Shown in pieces: positions 1 to 15,000 of a DNA stretch of 64,000 nt. The notes under the pieces were generated by a model. That model made no database searches and had not been told where the DNA came from. It was given only the letters and a program-made list of their open reading frames with translations. Location: the NCBI RefSeq assembly GCF_037042905.1, contig NC_087250.1:6076001-6140000 (forward strand), given 5' to 3'. The first letter of the stretch is position 1. Every line of letters starts with the position of its first letter. Both the position numbers and the translations under genes were made by a program. The stretch is from Lytechinus pictus. Its lineage: Eukaryota.

Positions 1-80
1 CAGTTCCAATCAACATTGCGACAAAATCGAGTGATGTTAGTGTGGCATCCTTTCGTGATGATGGAAATGAAAGCAGAAGA
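1..80 (+). CDS. Gene A exon (5'-truncated by window), UPA-like segment VPINIATKSSDVSVASFRDDGNESRR
   Basis: Open frame ending at donor AGA|gtaagt (phase 0); positional counterpart of exon 10296-10430. Confidence 0.65.
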
Positions 81-3000
81 GTAAGTTATTAAAAAGGATG
101 TTCTTTGTCGAAGTGTTAATAGGTTGGTGATACGCCGAAAGTGAAGTGAAGCCGGCTTATGCACTGCAAAAACCCCGGCGTTGATTTAACACCAGCCCGG
201 AATATATATATGTCTACACCGGAGAGGTATTGAAACAAGTCCAGTTTGGAATCAAACCGATGCTATTTTAATACTAATTGGTGTTGTTTAAACACCTATC
301 TGGTGTTAGACCAAAACGAAACTTGTGTTGTTTAACACTTCTCTGGTGTGGACATAATATAGATTCCGGACTGGTGCTAAATCAACACCAGAGTTTTGGC
401 AGTGTGAGGCGGCTCGACTTATGTGTATCACCTCCCTTTTTTGAAAGTCGGATCTTTGAATGAGGTTTAAGGCCGGCGTCATTACTGCAATTTGATGTCT
501 ATCACCCCAAGTGGACTCCGACCGGTTTGACCACTGAACTTATTTGTCCAATAATGTTAAATGTTGACATAAATATTTATGCGACTTGTATCACAGGAAT
601 AGTCGATGTGAAGCCGGTTTATGTCTACCAGGGAGATAATGATCTTCAGTTCACTTTTGGCGTATTTTTTATCACCATCCATCTATTAGGCGTGAAGACA
701 GCTTAAAAGCCTGTTTCGGATGCGGCTTCAAATTTGACGAATGTGTATCCGCATATATCGTTATTTGTAATACGATTCTTCGATTTTTAAGATAAGAGGA
801 TAAAGAAGTAACATTTGTTTTCCGTTCTTACTCTTTGAAATGTAGATGTTATAATCTTCATTATCATCGTTGTTATCTAATCGGTGCCAATTGGAAAATC
901 AGGGGTGTTACAAAGACACTACTTCTGAGAGAGCTTGCTTCCTTTGAGTTGCACTTTTGTATGTTTCATAGTGGAACTAGACGAGTAAAAATCGAGCAAA
1001 GAACCAAGTAACTTTAAGAAAAGGGTCGGAGGAACTATATACCAATCAAGACATTTCCAGCAAGAAGGTCATTGTACATATTCCTGTAAAAAGGTGCTTG
1101 CTTAATACTTTGATTGAATTAAGAATTTATTCTGATTACACACTGCAGGTTCTTCTCTTAAAAGACATTAAAAGCAAACTGAAACACCTGATCGTTCTAC
1201 CAATGAAATCACGTGATGAGGATCAATATTTCCCGGTTACTATCATGATAACGCAAAGTGGAAAAATCGATATTTCAATATCTCTTGCTTTTGTCATCAG
1301 ATGTTCAGGTAAAACACATACTGTCTGCTTTATGAAAATTGATTGTTTTCGATAAGAATTGTGTTTGTCATCTATGATGAAGACTAATAAAACCTGGAAA
1401 ACCACAGGTACGGTCAATAGTTCAGCCTTTAACATTAAATCTTAGAACATTGCTAAACTTTCAATAAAATAATGGCAATCTGATTATCTATGATGAAGAC
1501 TACATAAAATAAAACCTGGAAAACGTGAGGGTATGAAATCAAGCCACAGGTACGGTCAATAGTTCAGTCTTTGGCATTGAATCTTAGAACATTTCTAGAC
1601 TTTCAATCAAATAATGAGAATCTGAATAATCCGCAAATAGTTTTGTGTCGTGACGTCGTACACATCTATTACACACAATCAATATCATGTTTTAACAGAA
1701 ATATGACGCAATATACTGTTTTTATGTCTGTCCTTTACCACAATTAACTGTAAAATAAAATCAATTTCTGTTTGTTTATGTATTCAATATTTGAAATAGA
1801 TGAAAAAAGTAAAAAAACAAACAAAAAAAAACAAAAAAAAAAAACATGTAAATCAAGTTACCTAACCAACCTTATTAAAAAAATGAAATATCAAACTTCT
1901 GTCTGGTGCACTGTAAAAAATGAAGTGCTAATTTAGCACTTACGGTGCTTGTATAGTGACTGCACTACGAGTGCTGATTTTTTAATTTAAATTTGAGCTA
2001 CAAACTCAGCACTCGTAGTGCAGTCACTATACGAACACTTTCAGTGCTTAATTAGCACTTCCTTTTTACAGTGTGTTATCGTGCTGACGACGCAATACGC
2101 CAATAGTATATATTTTCAATCATCCTCCTAGTGACCAAGTTCTATAATATTTGAATTAATATTTCTTTTCGACAGGTGAACCTGGGACCGAGCATTCATT
2201 ACAACCTCCTTCATTCGCCCCGTAAGTTATACGTTTAACATTTGTTTTATATATATACTCCTTACTGCAAAACCTAAAAAATGGTGAACGTTAAATCATA
2301 GATTCGATATCTCTTTCATTGATGAACGAAGCCGGCTTAAAAATTGCTGTCGTATCCATATATTTATGACATATGAAATCCATGTATCTATAAAACTATA
2401 ATTTCTGCCTTGGCTCGCGGGGCTGACTATCATGAAAGTGCTGAAGATGCGACAACTTTAGATTACGCTAGACAATCATTTTAGAACTGATATAGATATG
2501 GCCAAGAGTGCAATTTTTTTATTCGATATATTGTACTTCTAGGGTAGCTGATGAAATATCAAGGAGTGACCTCCAGGATATTGATGTCCGGTCCATTGCT
2601 GACAAGATGACGGTAGATCAGTATTATGATTTAGGAGTCGCTCTTGGGTTCCGAGTTCAACAATTAGACGTCATGGAATACAACCGGTTCCGAGACAGGC
2701 ATCATGCTTTCTATGACATGCTAAAACAATGGCGACAAACGCAACCCTCTGGTCAAGAAGCAAAGGAAAACTTGCTCTCACTCATGAAATCCTTGGTGTC
2801 ATCTACCAAAGATCTAGAATTAGGTTTGCTCTTTGTTAACTTGGTAATCTGTTATTTTATTTTTGTTCAACAAATGTCTAATTAGTAAAAAAAAAAAAAA
2901 CAATCCAAAATATTAGCAGTACTCAAACATGAATATAATGAAAAGGTCAAATGTTGAATTTTAAATGAAAATATGAATGTCATTCGACATTCGTCATTGC

Positions 3001-6000
3001 TTATCACATTATGTTTATATTTTTCTACAGCGCCAAAAAATGTCCCTCTGATAAGCGGCTATATTACTTCAGAAAATAAAAATTATTCTTAATAAAATGT
3101 ATACATCTAGGAGGCTCATATCATGATCTAACTTATAAAAAAAAATAATTGGTTTCGCTTCAGTGGTTTTGAATACACAGTCTATTATGTAACTGTGGTG
3201 CTTTTCAGCCTATTCCAAGTTTGCAAGCATGCAGCACTGCTGTGTGTTCTGCACTTTCTAGTGTATCAACCCCCTTTGAACATTCTGACCAAGGAATCCC
3301 CTGATCTGAACAGGGAAATCTCCATGATCTAACCATGGAGCTATTAGGCTCATCAAATCACAACCTTGAGCATGTTCAGAAGGGCAAAAACAACATTTGC
3401 CAGTTCATTTCATGTTTGATAACAGGAGATGCACAATGATTAAGACAACGGGTCATGTCTGTTTCATGCCTAATTTATGCCTAATACAGCCTTTTTGTTT
3501 TCATTCCTCTTTTTAGTTCATAAGCTACTGTGGTCAAGTTAATTCAATGTAACCTTTTGAAAGAATAGTCAAAATTTTCTCTGGTAAAGTTCCTATTCGC
3601 AAAGAGTGGTTAACTTGTAAGTTCCCCTTTATTTTTCAGATTATTTTACTTATCCATCATTCACATTTTCTTTCCAGGTTGGTGCACTGATTCCGGCTCT
3701 TCAATCATAGGAAAACTCAATTTTTATTTTTTTGCCCTTCTGTACATGCCCAAATTTAGGATTTGATGAGCCTGGATATGATAAGGGAACTGTCCCTGCT
3801 CAGATCTTGGACATAAAAATGGGGTTAATATGCTATAGACAATGCAGAAATGCATCAGTGCTGCAAACTTGGAACGGGCTAAAAATGCACCACTGTTACC
3901 GCTGAAGCGCGACCAATGAATTTTTCATAGAAGTTAGATCATGAAATGAGTTTTCTCCTTATGAACATTTATTTGAGAATACTACCACATTTTAGAATTA
4001 ATTCAGCCCTATGTCAGAGGGACATTTTTAAGGGACGCGCTGTACATCTTGTTTCTTTATTATGATTATCATATTAATCTAAATCTTGGATTTTCAATCT
4101 TCGTTTCTTACTACTTTACAGATTGGATAACACACGCCAAGATCCCTGCCACGTATTCGTCTATAAGGCGCTGTTATATTTCAACACCTAAGCCGTAACA
4201 AAATCTGAATTGAAGTTGAATTTAGTATATGTAAAGTAAATGACTATTGTAGATGAATCGCCTTGCATAAAAAGGGAACAAGTGCTGTTATTGGACTTTG
4301 ATCTTGTTGATATGTGTAGCTTGGCGCCATTAACCATTCGTCTACAGCACCTGCATTTATGTCCAAATTCAATTTCAAAGACATATCAGGCACGTTGGAA
4401 CAAACGTTCTAATATTTTATCATACCATGCCTAGTAACGATAAATGAATGAAATCTGCAACCCTTTATATTTTTTTTTCCTTACATGAACCCTTCTTGTT
4501 CGGATTCATCTAAAAGATATCTCCACTGTTGGGTGAGTCAATGACTACTTGACTTAGTCTAGTTCACAACCATTTGATAATGTTGTTGCCATTCGATCGA
4601 TGGAGAGCGAATAAAAATATTAGGTAAATGTAGCGATCGATATACCTGTACAATCAAAGAAGAAAATTAATATTCCTTTTACAATGTAAACCAAGACACT
4701 TTGGATATTAAATTATGCCATAAATAAAGGGAGGAAAGACATATCATGAACATAAAAGCACATAATTATGGTATCTGATATATATTCATGTACATACAAC
4801 AATTACGTGTGCATAAAATGTTTATTCATATTTTTATAGATGTATTTTACTTGATTTTTTTTTTCCTTCACCAAACAGTGAAATCTCGGACAAGTTTCTT
4901 GTCGAATTCTCCCGGAAGATCAAAGGAAACAAGTTCTTCGTTATCGGAGAAATGCTTGGTCTAACCAAAAGAGAGCTTGAACACATTCAGCATAAGAGCT
5001 TGTTTAATAGGAGAGATGCTAACATTCAAATGCTTTCCAAGTGGAAAGCATCCCAAACTTTAGAATATGAAGCTGTGAAGACTTTGAAACGTGTTTGGGA
5101 ATCTGTCCAGTCTGCTAGAACTGTGAAGAATGAAGAAGGTATGAAGAACAAAGATTTGAAAGCTTAATGTTAAACAAAATAATGTCATAAAACATATTCT
5201 GAGACAATATTGGCACTAGAAAAAAAAACCCACTAGAATGCATATCAAAAAGAAAAACTCAGTAGAATCAACTCTAACAAGCTTATGTCCCCAATGGCTA
5301 TACAGGAATACCATTATTTAGCTTTTATTCACATTACTAGTGATCATGCATTTATATTCCTTTTCAGATGAAGATGTTTCACATCAACCAAAGCGAATTC
5401 ATGTGAAAAGGACGAGATCAGAGGAAACTCATAGCGAGCCTGAGATTTTCGAGTCGATTTTCAATATAGGTGTAGGTAAGAATAGGTTTATGATTGTAGC
5501 TATTAATACTGGTATCGCTGTAAGTATAACAATTATGATTAATTATTATCAATATCTTTTTAATTGTTTAAATATTGCGTTAGCAACCAAAAAATAAAAA
5601 TAATAAATTCAGAAACAAAATCATAATTAGAAATATACAAAACAAAATGACTTGAACAAAATATTTATTTTCTCCAAGCCTAACCTTACTATTAATGCAA
5701 AAAATTATATTGTTAGAATTCAACAGAATAATGGAAAAAATACACACAAAAGTTTTAGTGATGGTAACGAAAAGGAATTGAATTATTACAATTGGAAAAA
5801 AAAATATGACAAAAAGGATAATTTAAAAATAAAACCCTCACTTATCATAATAATAATAATATACAAAGTCATATTTTAGCATAACCAAGACAAAAAATAA
5901 AACATCTATAGTACATTAATTGTATAATAAAAAAAAAACAATCTTGCGGCCATTTGAAAGGGTTAAAAAATGACAATCCCCGTAAACGTCCTCGCTTTGA

Positions 6001-9000
6001 TTTTGAGCGTCACATGTAAGTCCCCGGTAAGAGGGTGAAAAGCGATTGCAAAAACATGTATGATTTCCATATTATTATTATTATTATTATTGTTAGTAGT
6101 AGTAGTAGTAATACATATTACTGTCATAAATATATTTACACTAACAATGACACACCATTATTGAATTCAATTCAAGTGAACTTTATTTTTTTTCCAATTA
6201 ACATTGCATTATTAGTTCATATAAAGTATTCAAATTCATGCAAATAGATCGTCTGCCATGTCTGAACATAGCCCAAAGATTAAACGATTTTAATAAAATA
6301 TCCTTGCCGGTGTACTTTCTGACAAAACTTTACGTGAATTGAAATTACATGCATAATCTTAGATGACAGTTCAAGTAGAAGATCAGAGACGCAAAACTCA
6401 GAGTATCTTAAGGACCTCCAGCCACATGGTGGGCAACCAGAAGAAGAAGAAATAAGGATCATCGCTCTTCAAGTTACAAGTCTACCGTTGGCACGTGATC
6501 TCGGAAAAGCCCTTCGTTTTGGGAATGATATCATTGTTGGATTCATTGATTTATCGAGCCCTACAGTGATTCGTGATGCGACATTGCAGGTCATCGATAG
6601 TTGGTTGGGAAATTTGAAAGAGGAAGAAAGGGAAGAAAAGCTCACTCGGCTTCTCTCAGAGTACAACATCTTAAATGCCAAAGCAGGTATGTTGAATTAT
6701 AAGAGTAGTTATATAACATTTAATTACAGTTGAAACAAAGTTGTCCCCACAGATGGAGTATAGTATACTTTGATTTAAAGCATCAAAGTACCGTAGTTCT
6801 TATTTACTTCCCGTCGTGGGATTTAATCTCGCCTCAAGCGTTAATATTCTTCTGCGATTTTTTTTTCACTCAACCAATTTTGGATAGATGAAAGCCTTAA
6901 GGACCTTAACGATTTATTCCTAAAATCCTTGAAAAATTGACAGCTATTCTACTGAAGCCAGTGTTATGTGCTATTGAAAAACGCTAACAGTCTTGGCTCC
7001 ATGTCAAAAGTCCATGCAGCGTTCTTTGTCGTTTTTACCGCATCTGGGTTTCAGCCTCAGCTTTCCCGCCTAGCGTTCCCTTGTCTTCAAGGGAACGGCC
7101 GCCATCAAAGGCCCATTGATACCACAGGTATTTTGTTCGGCTTTCCTGCCGATCTTGTCTTCTGTTGACAGACCGAAATATCTATTCTAAATAGCTCCCT
7201 ATACGACCAAAACAAAAGCGTATCATCATAATGAATACGCAGCACGACAAGTAATTTAATGTAATGATGACAAATATCAAAGTGATAATACTAAAAAAGC
7301 TACTTCTAAATATAAAGTAATACATTACGAGGATGTCTCTAAGGAATTTACAGACAGAGTATAGGCCTATGTGGATCCTCTTGCCCCAAGTAAAATGTAC
7401 ATACCTTTTCTACTCAATCGGGTATATTTCAACACGCATTTCCAATTTCAGTTGCTAGGCATGCTTCTTGACTACCACACCCTATCTGATATAATTTAAC
7501 ATTTTGTTGGATATTATCTACCAGGACCTTTTTTTATATGTATACACCATTTACAACGCTTCCATGTAAACACCATACATTTTCTCTCTTTTCGAGCAAT
7601 CGACCATTCAGTTATTTATTCCATCAATTAGATGGTAGATGAATTCACGCGCGTTCTAAATACACATACTCATCAAAGTCACGTAAAACAATTATAGATA
7701 TTTTGCTTAACAAAAAGCGCACTTTTTTACAGGTCGCGAGGAAATATCAAAAATCCCACAATCCACTGGAGAACTACTGCAGTTGTGCCAGCGCATAGAC
7801 ATAAAAGCCTCTTTTCTCCTGGAGATCATAAGTGGTGTGGTGACGTTTCCTGCTCACGTTATCCGCCGTATTGCCCTGAAGATGTTAATAGAATGGCTAG
7901 ACCAGGGCGGAACTAGAGAGAGACTCTTAAAAGTTGCTCAGGCTTTTCGTTTCAACGATGCCGCGGTCAAGATTGCAGAAGGTACATATTGTGAAAGTTA
8001 TTTGCAACATAATATCATTAAATAGATTTAAAGTGATATTGTCAGTGAAAAACAGAATGGGGCGACGAATAAAAGCTTTCCGAAAGATAAAACCAGTAGC
8101 AACACTATTCTGGTTTCAACGGCGTTTCTAAAGGCTACTGGAATAATTGGACACCTATTTCATTACTCTGCGGTGCATAGAAGAGACGTTTCAGTTAGCA
8201 AAGCTGTTTGGAGTTATATTGATCTTATCCTAGATAAATTTCAAGTCTTATCTAATATTACCACTTTTCAATTTTAGTCATTCGTATTTTGGCACATAGT
8301 TTATTGAACTTGGTTATTGTTTTGACCTGCATTTTCAAGTATACAGGACGAACATCATCTTGATATCCCAATTTCCTCAGGTCTGTCATTTTGTAAATCA
8401 TTGCACAAAATTAAGAAATCATTGCGAATCTAAAGTTGTAATCAGTTATGGTGAAGTTCACTTTTCGAAATAGGTCGAGTAAATCGAAATAAAGTAAATT
8501 TACGATCCATATTACACGTATTGCCAGCTTGGTAATGCAATATGTTAAGCCCTATTTTATATCTCATTTATAGCAATGGAATCTAGATTCCCTCCTTTCA
8601 TCTCTCATGGAATCATGGATCATAGGGGTGTGAAACTGTTCCTGGATAAACTTGGCATCACTGTAACTATCCCTGAAGGAGCCATACCGAAAGGGATGAG
8701 ATCCGTGGCAACACTTCAAGTTCGAACGCAGGAGAGTCCTAGAATACCTGTACAACAGGGTGAAGTCCTCATTTCTCCTGTCATCGAGACTTCTCTCACA
8801 CAAGAACTGATAAAGCCAGCCACGGTGGTAGTACGGACTTGCATCAATCCCAACGTTCGTAGAGATGACTCTCCCGCTATCCTCTACACCAAAACAGGAC
8901 CAGGTAACTACCAATGCTTATTCGCAGAGGTGAAAAGCGTTAATGATTAAAAAAAACATCGTACGCCTAAAACATACAGATGTCTCAATGGTTCTATTAC

Positions 9001-12000
9001 GCCTGGATTAACTTTGGCTACGCCTAATATTAAGTGGATTTTGTGCTTACCAAATTACAACCACCTTTACTTAGGACCTCTACTGGCAGCTCTCAATGTC
9101 ATAAACAATTATCATAACAAATAAATAAATCATATAACTAGTAATATGTTTTTTCTGACACTTGGGATAATTTGAGGAAATAGAAGCTTAAGTACTAAAC
9201 GACAATTCAAGTAAATTTCTCCAAAGCAATGGTAAGTGCTTCTTGGAAAGGAAAGCACGCTTTGGAATTTTGAAATAAATTGACGGGGCCTTTAACTATT
9301 ATCAGGGCCGCTTTCAAATCGAAATTAAGAACTTACTGGAAAAATTTTTACTTTTGACATCCTATTGAGTAATTTAGAATTTTTTTCCTTTGCAATTCGA
9401 AGGTTTCTTCGGTTTTAGAAGCCTGGCAATCCCCACATCCAAAATCTCAAGAAATGAGATCACTTTCAAAACGCGGCATCTACAAGTGTTTGCGCTGTCA
9501 TCAAACAATCTCCAGGGACTCCAGCTGAGATGTGCAATTTTTCAGCCAGTAATCATGGATCCTACACAGAATCCAACACTTCGCATTTACATACTGCATC
9601 CTTGTATGAACTATGTACAGGTATATAACATATTAATTACAAGTGAGTCTGTTGCGGAAATATTAAAAGATATTCTTGAAAGCTTATAAAGAAGGTGACC
9701 TTTATTTTTGGAACGCAAAGACCGAGCCAAAGCGCGGACTCTAGCAAAATCGAATCATTTGTCTTTTTCATCCATTTTTGAAATGATAATGTTGCATCTT
9801 TGCAGTATTTTGTTCGATTTCTGATTTCCTCGTCTCTATACTTGTTTTTTTTTTTAATATTTTTTCTTTATTTTTATATTGTGTATTTTTTTATCTTCTT
9901 GCTTTTTTTCCCTCTTTCTCTTATTGTCATTTCTTTCTTTATGTCTTTCTGTTTTTATTTATTCTCATTTATTAATGAACTAATTTTCTCTCGGTTTCGT
10001 GCCCGCATTTTATTGCACGTATTAGGCCTTGTCCTTAAGCCTTCGATCATATCAATGATCTGTAAAAATGCAAGGTTTATCCAATAAAGCAGATTTTTAT
10101 TTTATATCCTCCAAATATATCTGTTCCATGGCATTCACATTCCTTTGATGTATGATTAATTGAAAAGTGCTATATATATTTTATTATTATCTTTTTTTTT
10201 TTTTTTTTTTTTTTTTTTTGGGGGGGGGGGGCATTCCAAAAACTGTAAATAGACTTACAGGAAACACCTTGCACATGATTTGATTTTTTTTTCAGGATAT
10301 AGTGAGATCACAGAAATGTTCGCCTGTCGCCTACTGTCAAGTCATGGAAGACTTAAAGTTCTCTATAGATTCATCAACAAGAGACCTAAGAATCGTTTGC
10401 CGCATCGGAACTGCAACGTTCAAAAGAATGGTGATAGTTTTGTCAAATTTTATTATCATAATAATATGCGTTGTAAGATGTCTAACAATAATAAATGTAT
10501 ATTACATTGAACATTGCACCTTATTCTACTAGAAGAACTGATGGAAATGGAAAAATTAAATCATTTAAAAGTAAATTTAACCGAAGATAGACGATGAGGT
10601 CTCTAGCTAAACACGTTGGCTATGTTATTCCATAACGCACTTTTCGTAGGTTAGCGAGAGCAAGGTTTCAGTATAGTCTAAATTGGTTAAATGATTATTG
10701 AGTGTTTTTTTTTACAATTACACAATATACATGTAGTTAATGCAAATGCAATTGGCTATCAGTTAGAGATACTGTAAACAAACATGTCGGGGTCCAAAGT
10801 TAGAAATAAAGAATACATTTCTTTTCATGTATCTTTTGACCTCTACTCCAAATCATTTTATCCGGACCGCTATCATTATCACTATAATCATCACCATTAT
10901 TCTCATCTTAATCATCTTCATCATCGTCATTGTCGTCATCACCATCATCATCAATACCATCATCACTATCCTAATTACCATCATCATCATTCATCATCCA
11001 AACATCATGATATTCACCATTACAAAGATCATTATTGGAATAATTACCATTATCTTAAGTTTTGGCATCTTGAATAAATTCTGTTCTGTCTTCCTTCTTG
11101 ATATTGCATTGCTTTTTTTCATAATAACTATTTTTTTAATTCATAACTCATTTATAACATCTTAATACTCACCTTTAAAGATACTGATTAAAGGTATTCT
11201 ATGCGGAAAGGTCAGCCATGTAGACTTTGAGCTTCAGTTTACTCCCAAGGAGAAAGGAAAGAAGAAAGTCGAGATGACCATTCGGGAAAGGTCAATAATT
11301 TGATGGGCTTTTTCATTGTTTATACATCCTTCATCACTATCCGCACCATTACTATCACGATGTCATAATCACCATCGCCATCATTATCACCAAAATCCAC
11401 ACCATCACCATAATCCTACCATAACCACCACCACCATCATCATTATAATCATCATTATTATCACCACCACCATTACACAACAGTCAATCATAATTATCAT
11501 CATCATCAACATCATCACCATCTTCATCATCGCACACATCATCGTCATCACCACAATCATCATGATCATCATCATTATCATCATCACCATCAATATTATC
11601 AATATTATTATCATCACCATCATTTATGAATATCAGTTTCATCATCACCACCGTTAATTATTGTCACCATCATTGTCATCATTATCAATATCATCCATTA
11701 TTACCACTATAATCATCAATTATCATTATTGGTATTATTATCATCATCCTATTTTTTTTTTATCTTAATGAAGTTCTGTTCTGTCTTTCTTCCTAATACT
11801 GCATTTTCTTTTCGTAATAGCCACTTCTACTAATTTATAACTCGTGTTTAAAATTCTACGACTCACCTTCCTTTTCCACTAACCAAGATACCCATTGAGG
11901 GGGTATTAAGCGGAAGGATAAGCCATGTAGACTTCGAGCTTCAGTTCACTCCCAAGGAGAAAGGAAAGAAGAAAGTCGAGATGACCATTCAGGAAGGGTC

Positions 12001-15000
12001 AATACAGTATGCAGAAAGCAAGTTCGAGACGGCAATAGAAGGTAAACACATGAAATGAAACAAAATCAGCATAATTTACACAGCATAATTAATTCCTTTG
12101 TGCAGATTAATAAAAAAGGAGATTTTTTAGTAATCAAATTCAGTAAGTCGACACCACCTTAATCCTAACAAGCAACAACACCTCTAAAGATGAATTGTAA
12201 GCGCTATACATTATTGGTAATATCATATTTGTCACCCCTACCCTTTTCCCCTCTGAAAAAACAACAACTATCAAATATGTATTGTATTCTGTTTTCCTCA
12301 TATTCAAATACGATTGATGACTAAGTTGTTACGTGAAAATAAATATAATATTATGGAATAAGGTGGCTGATTTTTTTTATTCAGCGTCAGTTTTCCTTAT
12401 GCTTTTTAAGGGCAAAACATTTTCATATTTTTTCACTTCTTGTAATCATGTCTTTGCTCTAGGCCCATACATTTACTGACAAAAAATATGTATTGTGTTT
12501 GTATTACAGAAAGAAATACGAAATGATTTAAAACTAAATATTGGGTAGCTCGATGATTATCTCTGCAATGTTTATGTCTGAAATATGTAAAACAATTAAA
12601 AGCTCTATATTTTATTTTTCTCTTCTGTCTGATACAGATGAACCAGATTATACGCGAGATCAAAAGGACTCGTAAGTATAGAACTGTTACGGTAACCATT
12701 AAACAGCTTTCATTATTTCAATCAGTGATAGACCCAAAAATTTTCTTCTCGAGAAAAAAGAAGAAAATCCGCTTCAAGGCTTCGCATATTTTCCGTTACG
12801 CTGTTCCGGTCGCAATTTTGGTGAAAAGCGGCCGCAGCTCGCTGTCCGACCATCGCCTCTGCGCTAGCGCGCCCGACAGTCGTGCCGCCGGGCTAGCTGC
12901 AAGTACGTTCCAGAGGGATGCATACGCACTCGCACGCAGGCGACCCGTTCCAAGGACCCCCGTTTTCACAAACATTTGTAGTTCCGAAGCCCGTTCCGAG
13001 GACCCTGCTTTTTACAATGAGCCCGCTCCAAGGCCCCCGTTTTTTGTCTCGCCCGCGGCACACCCCTAACACTTTTTTGGTCGAGTGCCCCCCCCCCGGG
13101 GGTCATATGCATACTAAATTTTCAAGCAAACTGCCTGAAGCACAAGCAATAACTAGCCCAAAAGATCATGCATTAGCCACTGCTTTATTTCGTATGTATA
13201 TCCCATTGATTGTGTTTGAACCCATTTCTTGCCCTCAGACAGCAAGTGCTAGCGGTTTGAACAATAGCGACGTCACGCTTGTGCGAACACAATTTGTATC
13301 AACTCCAGTGCATGTGGCAATGCAAAGTATAGCTTCTCTCCTACAAAATCTTTTCCTTAGACGTGGTCTCAAACTAATTTTGTATTTGTTTCTAAGATAT
13401 ACTGAAGCTGGCATTCAGTTTGGGCGTACTAGGAATAAAACATGTTAGACGGGTCAATGTATGGTTTGACCCGGAACAAATTGCAACAAATGATTTTTCA
13501 ACTGTTTCTGGCAGTATTTGACCTCAGAAATAACATATTAGAAATGTACCAAAATCCGCATCCGGGAAAGTGGTTATTTTCAAGATGGCGTCCAAGATGG
13601 CTTCCATTTACTAAAAATTGATGTAACTCACTCATTATCTACCCTAGAATCCTATTTGGGTTCATATTCCATGGTCCAATGGGTAAACGAATTTATTTAT
13701 ACAAGTTAGAGTTAATATTAGCACTCTAGGATACCAGGAAAATCCAAGATGGCGCCAAAAATGACTGCCGTAGGCTACAAAATCCACAATTTATCTAGTA
13801 CTTGAGTGGCTTTAATTGGTTTCCATTCGATTGTTTTAATGGTGAAGTAGTACATCGGGACAAGTTACAAGGACAACCAGTGGTCTGGTGGTTCCAAAAA
13901 TCCAAGATGGCTTCCAAAAATTGAGTTTAAAATGGCTGTTTATACTTAAAATGGACATAGCTTATATCACATCCACCCGAGAGATATTATTCTGGCGTCT
14001 AGACCATGGTTTCAATGGTCAAATAATACATTTGGGACAAGTAACAAGGACGGTCAGTTGTCCGGTATGTAAAAAAATCCTAGATGGCTTCCAAAAATGG
14101 AGTAAAAAAATGGTGTTGCTACTTAAAAAAAAAACCAAACATAGTTTGTTCAATATCCGGGAATATGATTTTTGTGCCTACCCAAATTTGCTCAAAAAAC
14201 GTGATTTAAAAATTCACAAATGTATCATTATTATTTTTCTTTGACTAATTTAAGGCCTCCTAACCATGTTGTACATAATTTCCATCGAAAAAAAGTCGAA
14301 AACATGTTTATATCACCATGATCTTAAAAAAAATGTGTCTAGGTCAAGATTTAGTACTTTTGAATATTTATTTGAATATCAACAGCTGAGCGTATGCATT
14401 AATTATCATTAGGTCATATTATTCAAAATGAATTTCGAGGAGTTAAAAAAGGGATTTAAGAGAAACATTGTACCATTGCTTCGGTACTGCAATAATTAAT
14501 TGGAGGGAATCGGTAAAATTCAGTAATGCTTCTACCACACAATTATGTCCTACCTATCGAAAGTAAAGATCAAGTTCACTTAATGTTACTAAAATAAGGG
14601 TAATGTTTTGTTGTACATACTATTTTATTTACTTGTAGACACGGTCATTTGCAGTACGTGTCCGACGGCATTCTAAAGATCTTGGCAGAAGAAATCCGAT
14701 CACCGAAAGAATTAAAGTCCCTTGGCTACCAGCTTGGATTCTCTCCATCAGCTACCAAGAAATACCTCATCCGACCGGAGTTATCCATGGAGGTGCTTCG
14801 TGATTGGAGGCGCCGGGTCCGACCAAGTCAACAGATTGACGAGCTTCATGCAGCCTTGAAAAATGCTGGACTAGGACAGTCAGCAGAAATCTTGTTACCT
14901 GAACGTAAGTAGGCCATTTTGAGTTATAAATTCGTAGCACATGGTCAACAATTTATATCAATAACATGCTACATTAATCTCATTTTTATTTTAACATATT

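Noticed and set aside
10784-11657. His-, Ile- and Met-rich ORFs
   Set aside because: Products of (CAT)n tracts inside an intron.
12638-13448. 143-aa and 176-aa ORFs
   Set aside because: They run through a GC-rich repeat; only the 34-nt mini-exon, in a different frame, is supported.
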